Part shown: positions 45,951 to 59,540 of the stretch, piece after piece
Layout: each line of letters opens with the position of its first letter
Position numbering within the stretch: the stretch's first letter is position 1
Source: Guillardia theta CCMP2712
Taxonomy: Eukaryota > Protista > Cryptophyta
Reading direction: 5' to 3'
Assembly (NCBI RefSeq): GCF_000315625.1
Contig: NW_005434634.1
Location: 524,191-588,190 of the forward strand
DNA: 64,000 nucleotides
Program-made: the position numbers and the translations under genes
The notes under the pieces: model-generated
What the model saw: only the letters and a program-made list of their open reading frames with translations
The model's database searches: none
What the model was told of the DNA's origin: nothing

Positions 45951-48203
45951 TCAGCAGAAAACAGTACGAGGAGGAGGAGGAGGAGGAGGAGGAGGAGGAG
46001 GAAATTTGACAGAGAGACGGTAGAAGCACCTGTAGCCGGAGTAGGTGGCAGCTTTGATGAGATGCTTGAGCTCTTCGCTGCTCATCCCTCCTCCTGCTCT
46101 CTCAGCGTCGAGTTTCAGCTGCTGCATCGCATCTTTTTCGCTTCTGATTCTTTCCTCGAAAGCCTCTCTTCCCTCCCTCTGCGCCTTCACCATCATCTCC
46201 AGCTCCTGCAGCTCCTCCGACTTCTCCTCGTCCTGCAGCTCCTCCGCCTCCTCCTTCACCTCTTCAGGCTCCTCCTTCCAGTCCTCAAGGGCCTCAGTGA
46301 TAGACTGAAGTTTCTCCGCGATCTCAGCTGCTTCCTCTCTCCCTCCTCCTTGGCCGCGCCCTTCTCCCTCCAGCTTACTTTCCTCCCCGCTCATTGTTTC
46401 TGTCGCTTCCGCTACCGCGTCTGCAGCATGCTGGAGCCGAGAGCGGTACATGGTCCAGTACAGCTCTCGCGCACGCTCCTCCTCCGTCTTCCCCTCCTCG
46501 CGCTCTTTTCGTATCCTCTGCAACTCTTCTTCGCTGATCAGGCTTCCCCGCCACAGCTTGCTGATCCCATCGATCAGCGGCTTCGCAAAGTTCTCCTGCC
46601 TCTTCATCTTCCCCGTAAAGATCTTCATCCGCTGCGCCATGCCCTCCACCCTTCCTTCCCGCCCTCGTGTCCCTTCCTGCACCTCCGAGCTGCCGACCTT
46701 TCCTGCCTCCTCCTTGTTCCCTTGCCCCTCTTCTCCCCCCTCCTTCTTCTGCTCTTCTTGCCTGTCTTGCTCGAGCTCCTGCTGCTGCTGCTGCTGCTCT
46801 TGATACACCTCAGGCTCTCTGGCAAACTTGCTCGCAGCTTGTCTGCTAGGAGGATGCGATGGCGGCAGCCCCCGAGCTCCTCCTCCCTGCCTGTTCACCG
46901 ACCAGAGGCGCACAGAGCCATCGCGGGAGGAGGAGGCGAAGAAACTGCCGTCAGGAGGCAGCGCAACGTTGGTGATCATCTTGCCATGCCCGAGCACGAC
47001 AGCAAGGCACCTCCACTTCCACCTCTCACCCTCCTGCAGCGGCTGCAGCTGCATCCTGTCTCCTCGCTCCACGGGGCCCCACACCCTCACTGAGTTGTCG
47101 CTTCCCCACATCAAGTTTCCCTCCCCCGAGATCAGCAGCTCTCCTCCATCGCCTCCTCTTGCGTCGAACGCTAGCGTCCTGACCGCTCCCCTGTGGCCAG
47201 ACAGCGAGCTCACGACCTCCCCGTCCTCCACTCGCCACAGGCGGATGACGGAGTCGCTCCCCCCCGAGGCGAGGAGGTGACCTGAGGGGCTGAAGGAGCA
47301 GCACCAGACCTTGGCTTGCGCTCTGCCTCCCAGCACTCTCAGCTGCTCTCCGCTCTTGGTGCTCCAGAGGCGCAGGGAGCAGTCGAGGGAGCCGGAGGCC
47401 AGGAGGCGATCAGAGGGGTGGAACGAGAGGCAGGTGACCTCCTTCTCGTGCCCCCGCAGGGTCCGCGAGACTTCACCGTCGGACAGGCGGAAGAACCGGA
47501 TCAGCTTGTCGGAGGAGGCGGCGGCGATGAAAGTGCCGAGAGGGTCGAACGAGCAGGCGAGGAAGTTGATCCCTCCCGCTCGCATCACTCGCACGCACTT
47601 CCCGTTGCTCACGTCCCACACGCGCAGGGACCCGTCGAAGGAGGCAGAGACGAGCAGCTCCCCCGACGGCGAGAAGCTCAAGCTGTAAACCCACTCAGAG
47701 TGACCGCGAAGAACGCGCAGGCACTCTCCGTCCATCCGCCATAGCCTCACGATACGATCTCCTCCTCCACTCGCAAGGAGGGGGACCAGCGGGTGGAACG
47801 CACAGCACCAGACCGGAGCCTCATGCTCGTTCAGACTCCGAACCTCCTCCACCTCGATCGACTCAGGATAACCGCCCGGCAACGAACCAACCGGAGCCTG
47901 CGCCCTTGTTCCATACAAGCCATCCCCATGCTGATGGCCACATTCCTGCTCCTCTACCCTCCTCTCTTGCTTGGGGGTGCAGGGATACCATGAAACGACC
48001 GAGGGAAGACAACGGAAGGCGCTCGGAGGCTCCAGCACGGTGACCTCGCGGTTCGAGGATGCCAGAAGTTCGTCGCCACCGTAAGATCGAGCGATCAGAT
48101 TCTCGGCAAGAGCGACTCGCCTCTTCTCGGCTTCAAGAGCAGCAACAAGCTCTGAGATCCGACGGTTGCTGTCCTCAAGCTCTTGTTCCAGAGATCCCGT
48201 CAT
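45951..48203 (-). CDS. WD40 beta-propeller (~7 repeats) + coiled-coil protein
   Basis: Repeats such as 'GHSEWVYSLSFSPSGELLVSASFDGSLRVWD'. Confidence 0.9.
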   Translation of the reverse strand: MTGSLEQELEDSNRRISELVAALEAEKRRVALAENLIARSYGGDELLASSNREVTVLEPPSAFRCLPSVVSWYPCTPKQERRVEEQECGHQHGDGLYGTRAQAPVGSLPGGYPESIEVEEVRSLNEHEAPVWCCAFHPLVPLLASGGGDRIVRLWRMDGECLRVLRGHSEWVYSLSFSPSGELLVSASFDGSLRVWDVSNGKCVRVMRAGGINFLACSFDPLGTFIAAASSDKLIRFFRLSDGEVSRTLRGHEKEVTCLSFHPSDRLLASGSLDCSLRLWSTKSGEQLRVLGGRAQAKVWCCSFSPSGHLLASGGSDSVIRLWRVEDGEVVSSLSGHRGAVRTLAFDARGGDGGELLISGEGNLMWGSDNSVRVWGPVERGDRMQLQPLQEGERWKWRCLAVVLGHGKMITNVALPPDGSFFASSSRDGSVRLWSVNRQGGGARGLPPSHPPSRQAASKFAREPEVYQEQQQQQQELEQDRQEEQKKEGGEEGQGNKEEAGKVGSSEVQEGTRGREGRVEGMAQRMKIFTGKMKRQENFAKPLIDGISKLWRGSLISEEELQRIRKEREEGKTEEERARELYWTMYRSRLQHAADAVAEATETMSGEESKLEGEGRGQGGGREEAAEIAEKLQSITEALEDWKEEPEEVKEEAEELQDEEKSEELQELEMMVKAQREGREAFEERIRSEKDAMQQLKLDAERAGGGMSSEELKHLIKAATYSGYRCFYRLSVKFPPPPPPPPPPPRTVFC

Positions 48204-48998
48204 CCTCCCCGGGATCTCGTCTCTTCGCTACTCTTCCACTTGTGCTGCTGGGAGGCCTTGAGCTCAGCTCGCACACCCTTCACAACCTTCCTGCCTCCTG
48301 CCTCCTGCCTCCTGCCTCCTGCCTCCTGCCTCCTGCCTTCAACACCCACAAGTTCCTGCTCTGTCCTCTGGTCCCTCGTCGTCCACTCTCACTCCGTCCT
48401 TGCTTCCCCTCCGCTCTCCCCGATTCCTCCTTGTGCTGACTCGTCGCCCTCTACCTCATCACCCTCATACCCATCATCACCCTCGTCCCACGTAGCCCTC
48501 ATCCCCTCATCTCTTACTCATCACCCTCATACCCTCCGGGACCCACTGCAAACTGAGCCTGCCTCGGAGATGCCTCAAGGCTGATCTCAAAGATTCAGGT
48601 CGGGGCATGTGTATACGAGGGTCTAGGAGGGGGGGTAAAGGTCACTGATTTCATATGTCTTGATATAATGGATAGAGAAGATCCTCGGACTTGTTGAATC
48701 CAGGTCATATGCAAGTGTTGTTCAAGAATGGGGGTAGGGGTACTTATTTACTACTCAATACCGGTGTGATGCCACATGCAACATTTGGGAATAGGTGGGG
48801 TAGGGTCATCGATCTCCCTATCCATTCGGGGTAGTAAAGGGTGGGGTAGGGTGTAAAAGATTTGCCGTTGAGGCCGCTCGCCTTTTCCTGACCCCCCCCA
48901 CCTGCTTCTCTCCTCCTCCTCCTCCTCCTCAAGCCCTCTGCTTCTGCGAGCTCCCTTCTCCTCGCCTCGTCTCATCTCCATCTCAAGATCTTGCAACC

Positions 48999-49366
48999 AT
49001 GATCTTCATCAGGCCGGACGATGAGCAATCTACGACAACCGTTCATGGTAAAGCTCCCATGTACGAGGATAGGGGAGGAGACGCAAAGTCCTTTGCTCGA
49101 AGAGGAAACGCCCTGTCGGATGTCACCAACTACCTCCAACCAAACTCATCAAAGCAGAACTTTCAGCAGGCAGACATGGCAAAGAAACGGCAGATGACAT
49201 CAGGAGGGTTAGGACGGATTGATCCGATGCATCAGAGCATGAAGCCTGCAGGCAAGCAGTTGCATCATGACGCTTCTCGGCAATCCATGCAGTCATATTA
49301 TGTTGACCAAGAAAACCAATACAAGACTATGCAGTACCCTCAACCTCAACAGAAGAAGCTACAGCC

Positions 49367-49405
<39 letters not shown>

Positions 49406-51146
49406 GCAGTCGGTTCGCCTGCAGATCCAGCAAACTTCAGGCACTAGACAGCAGACCACCTTCCAACCCCCGCAACAGCCACACCATCAGCAACAATTTC
49501 AGCGCCATCAGCAGCATCAGCAGCAGCAACAACTACTTCTACAGCAGCAGCAAGTACAGCAGCAGCGCCAGTACCAAACGCAGCAGCAGCAGCAGCAGCA
49601 GCAGCGTGGACAGCAAGGATCCTTCCAGTTCTTCCCTCTCTTCAACCGCCAAGTCTACCAGGCCCGAGATCAAGCGCCTGTTCGGAGCCAGCAGGTCCAG
49701 GCATACAGTCAGTACCAGTCGAGCGATTACATGGCCGCGCGATCTGCTGACTTGCAGCGACAAGCCATGAACAGGGGGGCACCAGCACCTGCCGACCTGA
49801 CTTATCAGATGCTCTACTCTGCCCAAGTCGCCAGCGTGCCGACGGCTTTTGCTCAGTCTTACATGATACCTCAGAAGAACAGGAAGAAGAAGCGAACTGG
49901 AAAGAAGCAGCCTGTTGTTCGGGGTTACAACCCCCTCCTCAGCCCCCTCACCGAGAACACCCTGGGTGAGTTGTCAACCCCCGCCAGGACGGAGCTGGAG
50001 AAGGAGATCTGTGCTAAGTACTCGATCCCTTACATTCCGTCGCCTCTGGCTGATGCAGATGAGGTCGAAGTTCTGGTCACCCAAGAGAATGCGCGGCCCG
50101 GAGATGTGGTGAAGATTGCCAAGGAATTCGCTCGACTTCCCTTCTTCAGAAAGTACTCAGGACGAACAGGTGGGATGTTTGTAGGTCATGCTGCGGCCTA
50201 TTGAGGCTGACTAGTTCGTCTGACAGGTCTCTTGTTGCGAAGCTGCGAAGCTCCTGGAGGGAGCGGGTGGATTGTGAACTTTGGGGAGCATCTTGGAAAG
50301 CAGTTTTTCTGCACAGGAGGGGAAGGAAAGATGAATCACCTGGCGCATTACATCCCTTCCAGAAAAGATTTCATCGACGAGACCCTTACACGAAAGTTCC
50401 TCGACGAGTCTTTCAAGGCAACGCAGGAGCAGAGCAGGAAAGAGAGTGCGGATCACAGGTCGGCGGTCAAGAGGGAGGAAGCAAAGTCTTCGACGGTGTT
50501 GCGCGAGAAAACGCAGGACGGAGTTAACGGCCATCATAGCAAGTCGAAGCGACATGTCGATCAGCTGGAGGCCCCTGGTAGTGAGAGGGACGACGAGCCT
50601 GCGCTCGAGTCTGCCCAGAAGATGTCCAAGAATACGCAGGATGTTGTAGCTGAGAGTCAGCTGGAAGACAGGAAGAAAAGCTTTTGGATCCCAGAGCTGC
50701 AGTCCTTGTACTCTGACATCGACGCTCGAGGTCGAGACAAGGTTGAAGCCGCAAGTCTTGTCGTGTCTCTTGTCTGATGTTGTCGATCCCAGGCTCACCA
50801 GCCTTGTGCTTCCATTGCCGCCAAGAACGAGACTCAAGAAGCGGGAAACAGCAGTGCCAGTCAGGGGGAGGTAACAAAGAAACCCGATGAAGAGAGGTAG
50901 AGCACTGACATGGGGGATGCAGAAGAAGAAGCAATCGACGAATGTTCTCGGAGCATCCGAATGCAACAAGATTGGTAGCGACAACAGCGCGCAAGGGAAT
51001 GTTGAAGGACGCCAGCAAGAGCTGGGAAAGGAGGGCGGCAGGTAAGAAACTTATCCTCCTGCTCCAGCCTTTGATTTCTCTACGTAGCGAGAGAAAGTTG
51101 AAGCTGCACAACCCCCTCGATCTCCTCAAGGTAGGCTGAGGGCCCT

Positions 51147-51184
<38 letters not shown>

Positions 51185-51300
51185 TCTCACTCAGGCTCTT
51201 CCTCGTCCTCTCACTCTTCTCCTCATCATCATCTTGATCCTCATCTTCTGATGTCTGACTCGAGCGGCAGCATGGATCCCCGACGTTCTGGTTGGCTTAA
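48999..51300 (+). CDS. Gln-rich protein with a possible divergent Mib/HERC2 (SH3-like) domain, multi-exon
   Basis: PolyQ tracts. The spliced segment reads 'PGDVVKI...GGMFVGLLL...GWIVNFG...FFCTGGEGKMNHL'. Confidence 0.55.
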
Positions 51301-51607
51301 TGATCTGATCTGATCGCCAACACATACTAACAGCTGGAGCCGAGCTGAACTGACAACTGAGATGAGACTACTAATGTGAGAAAAATTAAATATCTCGCTT
51401 CTGGTACACTATGTACATGCACACAACAAAACCTTGCGGCCCCGGGTCTCTTCCGCCCATCAGTCTCCTCCTCCTCCCGGTCGTCCGACGTCGTCTCGCC
51501 GCAGTGAGCGACCGGGCCCGCCGCCGGGTGACTCACTCGCGGAAGTTTGCCTAAAAAAAGAAGAAACTGTAAAAGAAAACAAAAACTTTTTTTATTTTTC
51601 GTGAGGT

Positions 51608-53178
51608 ATGGCGCGAGCAGGGATAGCGGTGATGGTGATGCTGGTTCACTTGACGGGAGGAGGAGAGACGAGGAGAGGAGGAGGAGGAGGAGGAGGAGAC
51701 CTGGAGGAGATCAGACTGGCGCATGCTGGTAGCTCCTACCTGAACCTCCTCGATACAAGAAGGAGATGCGACTCCTCGAGCTTGAAAATGGTTAAAACAC
51801 TTGGCTTTGCCATGCTGGCTTAGGGCGACTAACTTTCTTGGCATCTAGTTACGCTTGAGAGGAGGACAAAGAAGAAGATATGAGGGAAGTCAGGGAACCA
51901 GGAAGAATGATGACAGGAGGCCAGGCAAGCATGCTCTTCAGTAAATTTTCAGAATCCGCTCACTATGTTTCAGATTCGTCGCCTAGGATGTTCTTGTTGG
52001 TGTCGATGACAGACTCAGCCGACCCTGGTTCATGTTCACAAAGCAAAACAAGTATCTGACAGTCATGCAACAGAATGCATCGTCAACGATGTGATCAAAG
52101 CCTGCGCTGAAGATGTAGAAAGCAACGAAGACGAACCATTTCCGTCAATTGGTCGCACCGTCAGGTGCTGTGCATATGTGGCAGGTGGCTGATGTGACTG
52201 GAACGTGAGCAGGTTGTCGAAGAGATGTACTGGAGTACATTCAAAGCGAGCAACGTTCTTGCTGGCTCCACGGAAGGACCCCACCCATCTCCTAGATCTC
52301 CTCAAGGTCGTGGACGGAGTAATTCTATTGCACGCAGGTGAAGTTGACTCCCTCCCTTTTCCCTCTCCTCATCTTCAAGCCCAGGCGTTGAAATGCCTTC
52401 TCCCTCCTCCATGACGCACTCGCTCGACGGCTATCGGCTCCTTCCTGGTGGCCATGGTGCTCTGGCAGTGAACCTTCTGCGAGCTCAAGGGCTACCTGCT
52501 ATCGTCGCTGCCTCGTACGATGACAAGAACCTGTCGTCGTCAGTGAACGTCAAGGTTGCCTCAGCTTCTCGTCCTCCTTGTGACCGCAGCATGCAGATTC
52601 GGAAGGGGAGGGCGCAGTTTCTATGCGCAGGTACGAAGCAAGGGCAGTGAGTTATCATGACGATTTCGGCAGAGGGACTGGGCGAGGAGAAGGATTTGAG
52701 ACCGTTCGACCTGCACGACAAGCAGCAAGTTGAAGGTGTGAGCGCCTCGTGGGTCTTGTTCGATGACGAGGATGGGGCAGGCATGATCCGCTCTCTCATG
52801 AACCGAGAGCCCAAAGGGCCGGCATGGCGGCAACCATACGCCTACATGATGGCGAGCAATTGCTACTTCTCCTCCTACGTGAACAGCTCAAGTGAGGCCG
52901 ATGAGATGCTGGAGAATGGGAAGGAGGGGACGAGCGAGAAGCTCGTGACTACCGTCGTGATCGAAGGATTCCTCCGCTCCCGGCCTCTGAGCGCGGATCA
53001 GCTCGTGCACGTGTCAGGAGTTGGAACGTTCAAAGTTCACTCGATCTCGCTGACTTCTCCAAGCAAGGAGTTGATCAGCAAGAGGAAGTTCTCACCGACA
53101 GAGAAAGTCGGAGAGCAGGAGAGCCGACCAGAGAACGATCAGGAGGACGAGAGTGAACATGCGAATCTGGATGTCGGT

Positions 53179-53213
<35 letters not shown>

Positions 53214-55988
53214 GGAGGAAGGGGAGCACGGACCAGCTTCTAAGAGGCTCCGTAAACCAGAATACTTTCAAGATTGGGAAGGTGCCGCAGTTGACGGCAT
53301 TTCTGAAGCCGAAGAGGTAGGAGACCATAAGGAGGGCAGGCAGGTCGAAGCAGCCGGTGGAGTGAGAGAGGAAGGGAGCAACGTTTCTGGGATCCAAGAG
53401 CGGCTCCAGGAGGTTAAGACGAAGCGACACATTGCAAGCTTGTTCGTGGGGACGGAGAAAAAGAAGATGCATCCTCATACCGCCTCCTTCCTCGACGAGC
53501 GAGACCCTTCCAACCCCCTCAAGATGTTCTCCAACCTTCGTTCCCTCTCTGCTGCCCAGCAAGCCCTGCCGCTTGATGGCAAAGCTGACGGCGAAGTGAA
53601 CGGCGTTGCGCTTGTTTCCCATCAAGGCGGCAAGGCTGAACGGCGACTGCGAGCGCAGCTGAGAGGAGATGAGTGGGAGTTCCTAAAGGGGCTGGAAGGT
53701 AGGGAGAGTCTTTGTACGCGGGAGGGTTCAAGTCTAAGTGACAGGACTGGGAGAGAAGATCGACTTGGAGGCAGAGAAGGCTGAGTACCTGAGACTTCGA
53801 AGGTGCGGGAGGGATCAGTGAGGGAAGAGGAGGAGGCAGGAAGCTGGAGAAGGAGGGAGGGAGGGAGGGAGGGAGGGAGGGAGGAAAGGAGGCTGGTTTA
53901 ATTAGCAGCAGGGAAATTGAAGATCAAATTCTATTTCCGGATGAAGTTGACACGCCGCTCAACGTCTCCGTCGTCGACGTGATTCCCCTGCCTCCCTCGT
54001 CTGACCTTCTTCATCCCAACCTTCTACCTCGCTTCCTCTACCTATGTCCCTTCCTCTGCCTCCCGTCCTCTCTCTCTCTCCCCTCCTCTGACTTTGTGCA
54101 GACGTACGGCGACTTCACCCCCCTGCACGATCTTGAGAAAGCCTCTTGGGACCCAACAGCCAACCTGCCAGCAGAGTATCGGTGAGATCAGCATTCCACA
54201 TGCCTCATCCTCCTCCTCCTCCTCCTCCTCCTCCTCTCCTCCTCCTCCTCCTCCTCCTCCTCCTCCTCCTCCTCCTCCTCGCAGTTTTCAACTTCATGAT
54301 CCTTTCGACTGTCTCGGCCTCATCTCGTCCTCTCGCTCCTCTATTTTCCCCGTCGCTGGGCCTCATCGACTCATCTCAGTCTCGCAGACGAATCTATCAG
54401 TTCAGCAACTTCAAGGTCAGACCGTCTTGCCTGTCGTCGCGTCTGAGCGACTTCAGGGGATCCAAAAGCGATCGTTGAAGGCCAACGACCAATTCCTCAA
54501 GTCAGCCAATGCAGGAGAAGTGGAGGTGATCATCTCGACTTGACCTCCTCCTCCTCCCTCCACCTTCTCCATCTGCCTGCTTCCTTGATGGTTTCACTTT
54601 CTATTCCAGGCCGCTCAGCCAGGGCAACACATCGCCGTCAAGCTTCTTGGAGTTCCCGAGGGACAGGCAGGAGGAGGAGGAGGAGTTCGGTGGGGCGGGA
54701 GAGGGGAGGGAGCAAGGGGAGAGGGGAGGAGGAAGAGGAGGAGTTGCGAGCCATTCGCTGAGGAAGAATCAGGTCGATGCGATCATGCGGATGCACGTTG
54801 AAGGCAAACCAGTGCTATTGTCCTCCGTTCTTCGACATGAGAACAAGAGGCAAGGAGAGCGGGGAGGAGTGGAGAAGAAAGATGAGAGATGGGGAGAGGA
54901 GAGGAGAGGAAGGGAGAGGTGAGAGAAGGGACGATGAGAGGAGAAGAGAGAAGGGAGGAAGAGAGAGGAGAGGGATGAGAAGGGAAAGGAGAGAAGCGAA
55001 GGGAGAGGAGGAGGGATTGCCCTGACACCTATGCAGAGGACTGCTGAACATGCAAGTGGACAGACACGCGAGCCTTCCAGAACGAGAGATTGTTGAGAGC
55101 GAGGATGTAAGAGAGGAGGAGGAGGAGGAGGACCAGGAGGAGAGAGAGGCTGAGGGCCTTGTAGGAGCTGGAGTTCCACCTGGGGTTCAGACGAGAATCC
55201 GGTCGTCCGATTTTCTCGCATGCTGTCGGCAGCACCAGCACGGGACAGTTGAAATTCATTGTGCAGAAATTTCTACTGTACGAGAAAGGTAAGGGAGGAG
55301 GAGGAGGAGGAGGATGGACATAACTGGCAGCAGGCAAGGTCTTTGCTTCCATCTTCGCTCCAACCGTGTTTCCCAACGTTCCTGTCCTGATGTTTCGTCC
55401 CAAAGACTCTAGGTGTCCCTTTGCTGCTCGCATCTCCTTCTGATCTCATCTCATCTCATCTCATCTCATCTCATCTCGTCTCATCTCGTCTCTATCCAGG
55501 CTTGTGGGCACGGGCACAACCATTGACATGGATTGCGATCGGATCCTCTTGAAGAGAATCACCTTGACAGGATATCCCTACAGGCACCTCTTCTTCTCCT
55601 CCTCCTCTCTCCTCCTCCTCCTCCTCCTCCTCCCCCTCCTCCTCCTCCCCCTCCTCTTCCTTCTCTCCCTCCTCTTCTCTTCTCCTCTCCTTATCGTCGT
55701 TCAGGATCCACAAGCTCACTGTTGTCGTCCGCTGGATGTTCTTCTTCGAATCCGACGTTCGCGCCCTGACCGGCTGCAAGCTGGTGAATCTCGAGCTCTC
55801 ACTTCCCAGCTGACCGCCAGCAGACGAGCAAGTTTGGGCTCGAGGGGGAGCTGCTGGGGCCTCTGGGAACGCGCGGGCTGATGAAGACCAAGTGGAGCGA
55901 CAGCGTCTCGTTCAAGGACACAGTCTGCCTGCACCTCTACAAGCGAGTCTTCCCTTCCCCCCTCTCTCCCCCCTCCCCTGTCTCTTAG
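51608..55988 (+). CDS. TSR1: TSR1 pre-40S assembly factor (BMS1/TSR1 family), divergent, with signal-like presequence; multi-exon
   Basis: 'LLDLLKVVD', 'GFLRSRPLSADQLVHVSGVGTF', 'FPDEVDTP', 'WDPTANLPAEY', 'RILLKRITLTGYP', 'VVVRWMFF', 'PLGTRGLMK' and 'DTVCLHLYKRVFP'. Confidence 0.88.
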
Positions 55989-56539
55989 TCTTCCCCTCCC
56001 TTCTCCTTCCCTCTAACTCCCTTCCCTTCTCCGTTTTCGCTCTCTCTTCCTCCACCACTGCTGTCCCTCCTCCTCTAGTTCTTTTTTCCTTCCTCGCCCT
56101 TGGCTTCATAGGTCCAATCCCTCCTCCTCCTCCTCCTCCTCCTCCTCCTCCTCCTCCTCCTCCTCCTCCGCCTGCCTTCCATCCCCTCAGCCTCATTTTC
56201 AACGAGCAGCAAAGAGCAGCGGTTTGTTGTCTTGTCCTTTCAATCATTTCTGTACAGCTTTCTTCCACCCCTCATATACTCCTTACCCTCCTCCTCCTTC
56301 TCCTCCTCTTTCATTACCTCCTCTCCTCTTTGCGCTCATCACGGATGAGCTTCTTCTTCGTCGTCAGTCATCCAATCGCCTGCTCACTCGTCAAACCCTT
56401 CTTGTCCTCGTCTCTCTTCACATCAACTCCTCCTCCTCCTCCTCCTCCTCCTCCTCCTCCGCCCCTTCCCAGCCTTCTCACCATCCTCATCGCCTTCTTC
56501 GTCCTGTTCATGCCATCATCACAACGACAGGAAAGAAGC

Positions 56540-59106
<2,567 letters not shown>

Positions 59107-59540
59107 TGCGCCATCACGTGCGATTCGACCCCTCATCCCCCCTCATATACCCGCAGTCGGGGCGCCCACCTGGGCGCCCTGCGGGGGAGGAACTCCCAAT
59201 AAAAGGGTTTAGTACCGGTATTTTTGTATGCGGGGCGCCCGGCCGGGCCAGGGCGCCGGCCAGGGCGCCGGCAGTCTGTGGCGCAGTCGTGCGGCGCAGT
59301 CGGGGCCCATGGGGGCTGCCTGGGGGCTCCCGGCCCGGAGTGACTCCGACTCGGCGAGGCTCGGCTCCAGGCCGATCTTAGAGGGCCATGAAGTACCGGT
59401 AGTGGTGGAGCAGACGATCGTTGGCTGTGCCATCGTCGACAACTTTAGACAATGTAGAAAGTTAAATTATCACGTGACATCAGTAGATTACACGTGGCCG
59501 CGAAGTTGACCCTGACTGTCACACAGGGGGCCCCCAGTTG

